DNA of 63,075 bases, counting the filler, from Basidiobolus ranarum (taxonomy: Eukaryota): assembly GCA_040143965.1 (NCBI GenBank). It is 12 parts of 12 records of this genome, joined end to end, with 100 filler letters (N's around TTAATTAATTAA, not from the genome) between each part and the next. Parts side by side here need not be neighbours in the genome. Positions count along the whole stretch, not along the records: positions 1 to 5,176 come from JASJQH010008558.1; positions 5,277 to 10,450 come from JASJQH010008559.1; positions 10,551 to 15,723 come from JASJQH010008560.1; 9 more parts are not named here. The stretch is one strand, 5' to 3'. The notes beneath the pieces were generated by a model, which made no database searches, was not told the origin of the DNA, and saw nothing but the letters and a program-made list of their open reading frames with translations. Positions 1-11,628 of this stretch are shown here, in pieces; positions within the stretch are counted from its first letter, which is position 1; each line of letters opens with the position of its first letter. Position numbers and translations under genes: made by a program.

Positions 1-3000
1 ATATGGCGTATGTGGCAGCCGGCTCTATCCCACCTGGCGATAAAATCCGAATTCTTGAAAAAGATGGTATCGAAAATGGTGTAGCAGTTGGAGTTGGAAT
101 TGACGCGGCCTATGCATCGGCCAAGTTTATGTTCGAATTATTTAAAAAGCATTACTTGGTAAAGCTATTTCCACAATGTGCTAGACGACTAGAATTGATC
201 AACATACCGAGAGAGCAAGGTTGGTTTCCTAAGAGTAATTGTCATTCACGGGATCCTTTTTAGCATTTTATTGACCACTTCGTCATTTTTTTGCACCAGC
301 ATTTGTATTTCCCACCTGTCCCCCCTCTGCTGTGCTTAAATTGATCAGTTTTTTAGTGGAGCATTGTGTTGATGAACTTAAAGGAAATCCCAAAACTACT
401 ACCTCCCCTGCCTGTCCCATCTTAAAAACCATTATCCTTGGGTCGTCAGACAATCGAGAGTTCATCCATGACATTATTGCTAACGCTTTATCTTTACCTA
501 TTCACGATATACAAAATCTTGAAAGTGCCCGCGGTGCTGCTTATGTTTTAGCAGTCTGGATGCTTAGTGGGGTAAACAAACTTTCATAAAAGTCGAAAAG
601 TAACACATTGATTAACACATTTATGTAGGAAAATGAACGGCCCTCATTTTTAAGGCGTGGAAAGAAGACTAACTCAGAGATACTGAGTGTTCCGAATGCA
701 TCCGAGAATGGCTCATTTGCCCAGGCCAACAGTTATTTAAGGCAATATTTTGGCATGCTTATATCTGTACTTGAGACCGGATTTGAGTGTTACGATAGTA
801 ATTCCAAGCAGGAAATTCTGATCAGAGAGGTGCTGTCCATACTCAGAGCTGTTTCGCAAAATGGGACCATTCAGCTTGAGGATGAAACTTGGTAACTAGA
901 TATTCGCCTAAATTCAAATCTAAAGAACTCAGCAACTCACGAACATATTCCATGTAGGGAGAGTTTGTTGGTGCTCTTGGTCAATTCATTTATTGTTTTC
1001 GCCACCAAATCTCGGGAAGTTCCTCATAGCTATGTACCAGATGAATTGGTGGATTATTTCTTGGAGGTAACTATTTTACATTTGCTATGTTATCAACTCA
1101 AGAAGTAATATTCGAGGCCCTTCAACTTACAATCCAACTTCTTGAGACTTTATTCTTTATTTGGGGACGATCGATGACTCGAAATGAGCGACTCTGGAAC
1201 AAACTGAACGTGGAAATCCTAAAAACCCCTCGATGGATTCAAACAGTTGCGCAATGGAGAGTATGGATTGCTTTAGTGTCAAGATCTGAAGTGAGAGATA
1301 TATTTGTGCTAATCTCGTGGCATTTTGGATTTTTAGAGCATCATGAATCAACTTGTCCGAATTCTTGGTGAAGTATATTATGAATCTAATTGTGGGCATA
1401 CCAGACAATCGAGAAGAGGCCGTCAACAAAGGCCCATGAGTGTCGGAGTATCTGTGCGAAAGCCCTCTCGACCTACATCCAGTGTCGTCGATAGTAACGA
1501 GAGAGATGAAGCTACCCTCACCGTTCACAGCTATATTTCCGCTCTAAGTAGTGATACTAGGAAAGGAAAAAACGATGGAGAAGGTGCCATAAAGCGAAGC
1601 TCTTCGCATGTAAAGTTGTTCAATTCAGAGTTAAATAATAGTGGGAGTGTTAGAAATCATTCAAATGAAAGTAGCTTTGGTCCTTTTAAGGTTTGTTCAG
1701 TTGGCTGTATTCCTACTCTTTACACTGTTCTCACCAACATCCGAATTGGCTTTTAGCTAAAAGATCAAGAGATTGAAAACTCTAGTCCCATCAATAGAAG
1801 GTAAGTTACATCTGGAGTATACATTGTTTTTTGACTTGTTGCTTACAATATTTTCCGTTTGATCAGGCTTACCATGGAATTCGCCAACATTGAAGATTCC
1901 GGATTTACTCATTTATTTACTTTACACTGGCAGAAAGAAGTCATTGTTTCCATGTGGAAAAGCTTTCTTCATTTGTTAGGAAATCCAAATCAAATCTCTG
2001 TATGTTTTATTGATTAAAGTAGTTCCTATTGCAGTACTAACGGAAAACTTGCTTCTATGTCACAGGACCCTGTTGCGCATACTAATGCTATCCGTTGTCT
2101 GGTTGAGATGTGGGATATGCTTGCACAAGTAATTCATATGTCTCACTTAGAGTGGGTCTAGTTAAGGCACAACTGATCATTTTCAATGTTTACTAGATTC
2201 GCTCTGAACAGTCTTTTGATGCGCCTTGTAAACCAAATCTTTTTGAATTTGCACCATGGATATTTCAGGCCTCGGAGATGTCTTCGTAAGGAAAAATTCA
2301 ACTAGCTTTTAAAATTTTTAATGGTTTATTGACGTATGGATAATGTAGAGTCTCCAGAGAAGGCTACCTTTTGTCATTTGGGTGTGTCTGTAGAATGCTT
2401 TGTCGTCCGCAAGAAGACAAAATAGAAGAAATGTACTACGCACACTTTTATCAAGTTTTATTGCGGGTATTGTAATATTGAAAGCCAGTTGTTATTAGAA
2501 ACTCGGATTATTGAACCTATACTTACAACTCATAGGGGTTAAGTATCAAAGATAACGAATTGCAGCATGCACTTTTTGTTCACTGCCGGAAGATATTTGG
2601 ATTATCCTTACCTGGTTGCCCAGCCATAATACCCGCTTTTTTGTCTAGTATCAAACAAACAGTGGGTACATTTAGATTTTCTATTTTTTAATGGCAAATT
2701 GCTGAACTGGATTCCGAACAGCTACATTCAAGCGCTAGATACATGTCGCATTATGTTAACGAGCCTATGTGTCAGAATGCCGTCACTATTTTACTATCGG
2801 TAATATGCTACCCTAATCATTTTCCTACTCTTCGGATACCGAATATCTCCCTCAAAAACATATCTTTTGTCGATGCCAAACCATTTGAACATATCACTGC
2901 CAACGAGGTATCATCATGATATTATTGATTCTCTATTTTCTTCCTTTTCCTTACACACCGCATTCGTCTAGCTCAAAAGTGAACTGGAGAGAACACTCTT

Positions 3001-5176
3001 CTCATGCATATCGGAGACGAAGAAATTGTACCGCCTTTCGACTAAAACGGCACAAACCCATTCTATGCTAATGAATGGTGTATGTGTTCTAGCATTTGAT
3101 GAACTCATATCCAACCCCAAGTAGCCTTTGAATGTATATCGGTTATCGTAGGGAGATATTTGAGCTAATCCGACTTCTACACTTTCTAGTCCATCTGCTG
3201 CTTTGATTCAAACTTGTATTCGGTCGATATTAGACCACTTGTATTGCCACGTCTATTCTGTAGTAATTGGCGTCATTGATTGTTTGTACACATTCTCTGG
3301 ATATACGGAACAGCTTCGTAATATTGACCAGGTACATATAATTCTATTTCTCGGCCAAAGAATTTCAAATAACCATAACTATTACATGTATAGAGAATTG
3401 TTTACGACATAATCGGTAATCTGATCGGAGCGATTGATGAGTACATCGAGGTAGTTGATAACGAGACAATCTCCGAAACAGGTAAATGCTCATGTTCTTA
3501 CCAACGAGGAATCGACGCTTAGAAGTACTCTTGAATTTCAGGTTTTGTAGTAGCTAGGCTTTTTTATTGCTTGTTAGAGTGGATCATGTATTCTCCATCT
3601 GAATTCATCACCCACTCTGGATTGAGACAGATGATATTTGTTACCTTGGAAAAGGCAATTCAGTTGGAACTTGTAGAGAAATCAGACTTTGATCTATCCA
3701 CCCACAGAATCAAGGGATATCGTAATTTTGGTGAAATCTCTTATTCATACTCTGCTATCCCTGCCTCAATTGAGACCATGTTTGAAAGAAACGAAATCAA
3801 CACCGCAAAAGAAAAAGCCCCTTTGAATATTGTTCAGGTAAGCCCTTCTACTTATATTGGAGCAATGTCAAAATATCCATTCAAATTTCGTTAGGAATCG
3901 GGAGAAATCGTTCTCGCACATTTACTGAATTATTTCGGTAATCAGACGCAGGACTCTTCGTTAACACTTGGGTTCGTATCTAATTTTCTTTCGCATCGCT
4001 GAAGTAATCAAGCTCTGACATTGACATGCGTGTAGCACCCTCTCGGAAGCGGTGGAAGCATCAGAGACTCCCCTATCCAATGAAGACAATGTTACTCATT
4101 TCATTTACAATAACAACACACTACTTACCATAGTGGAGCCACCAAATAGCGATGAAGGTAGGAATATGCTATTTGATAACATACGGGAATAGATTGCTGA
4201 TAACCCCTCTCCTTTAGAAATCAAGATATTTGCCCGAAATATGACCGGAAAATACAGCTGGGATCCACGGGTGGTCTATGGAGCCCCGCTACCTGACTTG
4301 CTTCAGAATAGTGTCGATCCAGAAGAAATACAAAACACTTCAAATGATCCCGCTGAACATTTTCTTGAGGACGAATCTAAGAGGTACGCTTGCGATAATA
4401 TCTTCAGTAACATCTTTGTTAGCTAATCTTGAACGTTCCAAAACCCAGTCTTTATAGAACCTTTGAAGATGATCCTAAACCAACGTTGGAGGAACCTAAA
4501 GATTATCCTCTACCGCCTTCCCCCCAGGAGTTTGATGGTCCAGAAGCAAAATCCCCAGTACCAGAAAGTCAGATATCTTCACCAGAACTAAGTTCAATAA
4601 TAAGGTAAATTTAGTTCGAAATGCTTGACTCAGGGATATTCATTAATCCAATGATTTTTAACCGAAAAAAGTGGTGAATTGGAGCATCCCGTACCATTTC
4701 TGAAAGAATCCCTCAATTCTATGATTAATAATCCTCCAGCTGCCACAACTCGTCCAGAAAGAGCATCCACATTACAACGCCAGAAAACACTCCTCTTGAG
4801 TCAGCTGGGAATGCTAAATCAAAATGCTACCGGTGAAGAGTCGTTTATACACTTGAATCAGACCAGCTCTTTAGTCAGAGATATAAGAGGCCTTGATAAA
4901 AAACCAGGGTAAAGCCATTACAACTCCTAGCTATTTTTGAATGACGCTCTAAATTTGTTACAGTCGAGAAACCATGAAAATAGGTGTGTTGTACGTTGGA
5001 CCTGGGCAAGAAGATGAAAGCAGTATTTTATCAAATTCTCAGGGAAGCCCAGCTTACGAATATATTCTTCACGAACTTGGGCATGAAGTGGAATAAGAAT
5101 CCAAAAATGGTTATCAAGCGCGGTTGGAGAGTAACTACACTACTGGGAAAACTGCTATATATTATTCCTCCAAAAG
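1..5176 (+). CDS. RALGAPA: Ral GTPase-activating protein alpha subunit-like (Rap/Ran-GAP domain), intron-rich, partial at both ends
   Basis: Many short GT-AG introns. The exon from 4964 reads [32 protein letters not shown]...LGHEV, matching the RalGAP-alpha GAP-domain start (RETHKIAVFYVAEGQED..SIL). It is preceded by [13 protein letters not shown] and by [13 protein letters not shown]. An in-frame TAA lies at 5094-5096. Confidence 0.8.
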
Positions 5177-5276
5177 NNNNNNNNNNNNNNNNNNNNNNNN
5201 NNNNNNNNNNNNNNNNNNNNTTAATTAATTAANNNNNNNNNNNNNNNNNNNNNNNNNNNNNNNNNNNNNNNNNNNN
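5177..5276. other. Artificial contig spacer (44N-TTAATTAATTAA-44N); repeated at 10451, 15724, 20995, 26264, 31533, 36801, 42062, 47321, 52579, 57828
   Basis: The same 100-bp linker with stops in all six frames occurs 11 times, between fragments of steadily decreasing length. Confidence 0.99.
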
Positions 5277-7800
5277 CAAAACCATCAGAGAACCATCACA
5301 ATATTGGTGGCTTGCATTCTGCCAGGGATTTTGATGGTGTGATGGTGGTTTCTTGATGGTATTTTGAAGGTATTCATACATGTTAAAGTATTGATCCTCA
5401 AATTTGGCATGTGTTATTCAATATCTGGCAAATTTTGCAAAACTATAACTTTTAAATGGCAAATTACTGGGTTTACTGCTATAGGAATTTGATTTAATAT
5501 GCATGCCTTTATTTAGTTATTTTAGGCTTTGTATTCCAGCCATAATGAGAATCAACAAAAACAAGAATCTTGTTGTGTTTAATCTCTACATATGTACATA
5601 CTTGACTGATTAGACATAACTCAACAACATCAATATGCTTTACCTGCAAACTAATGGTGGAAAAGTTGCCAAACATATGAAATATTGAATAGCACTGACA
5701 CTTGGCAAAGAGCTAACTCTAGTTACCATTCACAATGGAATAAGCTCTTGAATTTTGGCAAATTTCCAAAATGAATTAATCCATTATATCTCTGACTTGC
5801 AGTCAACAAATATCATGCCACAAGTAAATGTGTCATTGCTGGAATAGATTATCCCATGGCTAAAACAACAATACTGTGTATCTTGAACTATCTCACCAAG
5901 AAGTCTGTCTTGCAGCTTACCTAAAAATACCGTGAGATTATCACACAAGCAAATTAGTCCAATTATAGAGGTACTTACTCTGTGTTCATGGATTGGGCTT
6001 TGTTGCTGTTATTGTGCTCAAACAATGTGAAAACCCATGAGCACATTGAAAAGAGCCCTTTGTTGGCAGATTGATATACTCTGGAGTCTGCTTAACCTAT
6101 TGCATTACATCCATCACTGATTTTGCTGATACATTGTTAATCAGATTAGCATATGGTAATGCTGACAATTTCACATGGAGCATCTTTTCACTGCAGGTGC
6201 GCTCCATTGGGAACTCCCTGAATGTACAGCAAGGGCCTATAATCTCTAAGCATTATCAAAAATGTAGCAGAGAATGTATTGAATACCGGCATAGATTCAG
6301 TCTATCTTCTTTAAACCTGTAATAAAGTTTCTCATATCCAATTACAAAATCTTTGCACAGTTGCTGTATCTGCCTGAGATCTGCCAATGTGAGTTGATGC
6401 CATAAGAATATATTAACAATATTGACAAACAACTCCCAATGTTGCCAATACTTATCAGGCAGAAATCTTTTCAAAATTCCACTTGAATATATACAAATTC
6501 AATACTTCCAGTCTTTGCATTTGAAAAAATGGCTAGATGAGTGGATATTGATGAGTGCCCTGGTAAATATGATGGTATCTTGACATTTTCAAGCATATTC
6601 CCAATTAATTCAAACTTTGATTCTATCTCAAATGGCTCATTCATATTGAATTCTTCACTCTATAGCTGAGTAAGTAGTATTGAAATGTTGTTGATTAGTT
6701 AGTGCTTAGTGCATAATGGGAAGCTCTGGCTCCAGCTAATTCCCTTTAGCAATCTAATCTTAGGCTTACAGTAATACTAAGTTTGATGTTAGACTGACTA
6801 TTTGGTGAATTGATATCAGAGATCATGTTGAAATCTGACCAGGCTTGTGATGGTAAAATCAAGGAGTTTAGAGTTGTATTTGGATAGTAATAATGCATAT
6901 GCCTGATAAAGTAACTCTATTGATTTGACAAAATCTAGATCAATATAGTGCATGATGCCTACAAAAGCCTCCAAGTTAACTGATGGCAGGAGTGTCATCA
7001 ATACATACAATGATATTAGCTTTAATAAAATATTCACTCATCTGAACCCCTGTAGATAACCATTTGAATTTTGCAATCAAAGGCTCCAAGAAGCTATCTA
7101 TAAGCACTAGTGATTTAGGTCCCCATATGATGGATAGTATCTAAATATCATGACTCTTATACTGTTCAGAAGAAGGAAGATTTAAGTTGATCAAAATTAC
7201 TGGCCAGCAAGCCTTTCCAATGGTATATTTGTTTAGTGAGAAACCATCCAGAGCCAATGCAAATGCATGATTATATGTGTTATCAAAGAAACCTTGACTT
7301 CTTACATTCTGGTAGCAATATCCATGAAGTATATTTGTAATACCATCAGCTTTACCATGAATACTTTGGGATTAGATCAATGATATATATTAGGATGATT
7401 TCATCCAAACTTTAAGATGAGGAATCAATGGTATGTAAGCCAAATATAAACAATATTTACTTGATTCAGTGATAGCCAATTGTGTGCAAGGAGTACATGA
7501 CTTTGGGTTTTTCAGATCACTGGTGAAAGCCAAACAACCATTTGGACATGAAGGTAGTTTAATTATTGAAGGATTATAAGTCATACAAATGACAACTGTT
7601 TTCCACTTGTTCTAGGTCCTTAACAGAAGTTTGAGGATTGTTATTGTAGGAAAACCATCCCAATTTTAATCCATTTGGGATTGACCATTTACTTACCATC
7701 ATAAAATCATCAAGTTATATATATATATATTTCCAGCTGCAATATGATATTTCTTCAGGAAACCAAAACTATGTTTTACTGTTGCTTAAAAATGGGAAAA
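5277..7800 (-). mobile_element. Decayed CACTA/En-Spm-type DNA transposon (Transposase_21-like) remnant
   Basis: Minus-strand fragments with stops and frameshifts: CPNGCLAF; FALALDGFSLNK..ACWPVILINLNLP; GPKSL..DSFLEPL; RFLPDKYWQHWELFV; SIHSLLH..GPCCTFREFPMERTC. Direct and inverted ACCATCA/TGATGGT subterminal-like repeats lie at 5281-5361. Boundaries are approximate. Confidence 0.8.
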
Positions 7801-8459
7801 AATGTCATTCTAAAGCTTTTGCCTCTCTGTCAGTATGCTTTACACTCATTTAATTGAAGCCTGGTATGGAAGACTCACCCACTTTTGCAATCATCAATAG
7901 TGCACTGGAATTGGATTGAACAATAGTTTTTGTTGTAACAAAACAAATTGCGTAGCTGCTTTCTGGTAGATATTGGAGTATATGAGCCACAGTATTTCTC
8001 AAATATAGCTTCTAGGGTGGTGATAGGAAAGCTAGTAGTTGCTTTTGGATTAATAAGGAAAGACCATTTTGAGTAGATGGAGAGCATGATATTAATCTTG
8101 TATTGAGCCAGCACAATATTGATTGATCCAGCATGCATGAGTTATTATCTAAGAATTTCAATTATCATGATAAATTCCCTACATTCGGTATAATAAAATC
8201 TCTGTTTGCATTTATTACCCTATTTATTTCAATTATGTGTAATTGAATGGAAGTTATATAATAAACTGCTTCAGCAAAGTTAATCATAGTGTGATGCTGA
8301 CCAATTTATTTAGTGTATATGTCAAAATAGCTCAAAGTGGAATGCATTGTGCTTGATCACACTATAAGAAATCAACTTTGACATTTCAACCAATAATATA
8401 AACAGATCCCAAATTTTGATTGAAACCAATGAAGTCCAATACAATTGTTATATATGGTA

Positions 8460-9801
8460 GTTACATATCATATCAAAGCAGACTCTTCCTGATTAACAGC
8501 CTACTTTGGTATAGGAAACTACCACTTCCAAAATTTTGTGCATGCAGTCATGTGAAGGTGTTGGTGGCACAAAGCAGCATGCACCTAATGATTTTACAGA
8601 TGCCCAGGTATCCACTATAAATTCTTGCTTGCATATATGGGAGTTATTGATAAACTTGACAAAAGCTGGGGAAGGGGGCATTAGACAAAAGTAGAAGCAA
8701 CTTTCAACTCTGCTTTGGAGAGAAAACAAAATCTTGATGCCTTCAGGTGTCTACAAGAAAATCTACAATAAGACTCATGAGGATAGAAAGTGTTAATTGA
8801 GAAATTGGAATTTCAATTTTGAGTCCGTAAAGTCACAATTCCCATTTCATTTTTGCTTGTATGGACTGGAAGCAACCATTGCAGTCTCAACTTTAGAGAC
8901 AAAAGATGTTCTAAATAGATATTTACCACTACTCAATGAGACTTTGCAGCAAATGTTCATGGTGGTTGTAGAGTTCAAAACAACATTTCAGGACACTATG
9001 GCAAGAGTAATCAATAGAGGTGTAAAGAGAAAGGCAAGACAATTTATTGAATCAGAAGATATTCCGAAAGGCAAATTGGAGCAGTCTAGACCATTGCACA
9101 TACTTACTAGATCACTCCAAATCAAAGAGACTCCTGACAAGATATCTGTTTCACAAAAATCTACACAATTCACCATTATAATTGAGGTAACATCTCCAAC
9201 AAGGGCAAGAGCCCAATGAGTTGGTTCATCAGCTAGTATTACATATTGACAGCAATACCAGCTTGGAAGAGTCCCTGATGTTTCTCCCATTTTTGATGAA
9301 GAGCAAGCAGTTGATGAAGAACCTGAAAGAGGATGGACTGCATTTTCATACAGCATAGCATGCAAATTACCTGATTCAACCAAACCAGCCAGTGAGCTTT
9401 TTACATCTGGAGTAGAGTCAGCTCCAAGGAGCATGCCACCAGAAAGATATACCAGTTTCACGCATACTACCACACAACAGCAACAAAGGCCAACTGTAAG
9501 AGTTATTAAACCTTCCACTTTGTTGGATGAAGATCTGGCACCTGAGTGTGATCTACTAAGACAGCAATCCATTACAACATGTATCCCCTTGCAACCAAGA
9601 CAATGGGTGTTTCAGAGAGATTGCAAAGATCTTACTGAGCTTGAAGAAGGTGCAACAGTCAAACACAAACCTCAAGGTAGAAAATATGCTCCAATGCATT
9701 CTGCCATGAAACAGAGGTCATGGCAGCTAGTTGAACAAGATGCAGCTTCTACCATGGTTGAAGAGGCAAGAACTACCAAATTCAAACCTCAAAGTAGATG
9801 A
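8460..9801 (+). pseudogene. Degenerate long reading frame of unknown family, probably transposon-associated
   Basis: ORFs 8797-9219 and 9433-9801 share a frame broken by scattered stops. The region is CpG-depleted like the flanking TE DNA. Confidence 0.35.
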
Positions 9802-9825
9802 CTTGCTCCAACACATACTGGAATG

Positions 9826-10310
9826 CAATAAAAGTGTTTAGGGGATTTGGAAGTGTTTTGAACAAGATTAGGATTTGTGAATTAGACACTTAAGTTTTAT
9901 TGAATTGAATATGTCCTATTTATAGCTTACTATGAAATAGAACTATTTGATGTGTTTAGATCATAACAAACATGCCTGTTAAGCATGGGTGAAAATTTGA
10001 GATGATTTGGAGAAGTTTTGAGAAAATAGTGACAATTGGTAAAAGTGATCTAATTGATATTTCTATCAATTAGAGCAGTAAACACATGTTTTTCAATGAC
10101 AGAATTGAGTACTAAATAATCAGAATATGAATGAACTAACTACCAAATAATGAGTTGTTATTTACCTAATTTTGACATTCTTATTCAACTAGTTATTCTG
10201 TATTTCTCTTGAACCTAACTTATATCTTAATAACTCAGATTGTGCTTTAGCTAAAAGTTTGGTTAAGCTATCAGCTATCATTTCTTCAGTAGGGCAATAG
10301 ACAAGTCAAT
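9826..10310 (-). mobile_element. Ty1/copia 3' end: RNase H C-terminus plus 3' LTR (family A, LTR 9826-10177)
   Basis: The minus strand reads LVYCPTEEMIADSLTKLL (copia RNase H end), followed by a 352-bp LTR that aligns with 45716-46067 and 44572-44923. Confidence 0.85.
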
Positions 10311-11628
10311 TATATGTAATTGTCTTTTGTTAGGTTGACTCCGAAGAGTGTTCCCTTCCGCCAGACGTTTCTAATACTCCTCGGTAATTATTTCACGATA
10401 AATATTTATTTTTTCGATATTTTTCAACCGCCCCAAAACAAAAGTTAACTNNNNNNNNNNNNNNNNNNNNNNNNNNNNNNNNNNNNNNNNNNNNTTAATT
10501 AATTAANNNNNNNNNNNNNNNNNNNNNNNNNNNNNNNNNNNNNNNNNNNNATAAATGATGACGTTCTGTCTATATGCATATGATTAACAAACAAAAGTGC
10601 CCACTGCTCTATAATCTTTAGAGGTGGTTCCATAAAGAAAAGGAAGAGAAAAACGAACTGACGCCATTTCTTTTATTATAACTTTTTCTTAAGTACATCC
10701 CTGATAGCAGATTATTTTTGTTTAATGATGACAAATAATGTCTGAAAAAGAACTGGGTTTTGTCTCAAAAATAAGAGCAAGTCATCTCATTTTTTGTGTT
10801 GTACACGTCCCAGAAGAAAAGGTGAATCGTCTAATTTAAATTTTCAGAACATCTCAATTGGATTTCCAATCGTCTCATTTTAGAGTAAAGCACTGTATAA
10901 AACTAATTGGGTTACGTATCACTGTTCTTTTACAGGAACTTGACATGCCAAAGTCAAATTACTTCTGGGATATCTCTTGATAGCACACAATGTTGAACGT
11001 TTTTGCTGGCCATATATACTTTGCGATGTAATCAACCAGCACATGTGAGGAGTAGAAATTATCCATTGCTTTATATAGCGTTCGGGCTAAATCTTAATGT
11101 ATCACCAGGAGACAAAGTCAAGTTGGATAGAGTTACTGAAAGTAATAAAGTTTTTGGTAATACAGTGGAAATTCAATATACCATGCAAATAATCAGAGGG
11201 AAGGATGTACTGCGGGGCGTACGAAGTGCAATAGGGCTTTTCACGAGAGACATCCCATAATAGGGGATTTAAGATATTCTAGCTCGCACATTATATAGTT
11301 GTGAAACTTTCGTTGACACTTACTGTAGAATCACTGACACAATCTTTAAGGTCTACCCCATTACTATCCATCATTCATCGTCATCTGGTTGTAATCTACT
11401 ACTCCAAAACAACAATTCCCTTGCAAAATACCCGTTCACACCTGGGTTCACACTCTGTAGTAGATCACAAGCTGCTTTGTGTGTGTTGAATCGGATCTTT
11501 TTATTACTAAGGATTAGTTATATCATCCATTTGATCTACAAAAATCCTAGATTTTTTCATCATTGTATTTTGCTTCTCAGTATTGCCAATGTAATTTTAT
11601 AACATATGTGGTGGGTTTGATGCAAGGC

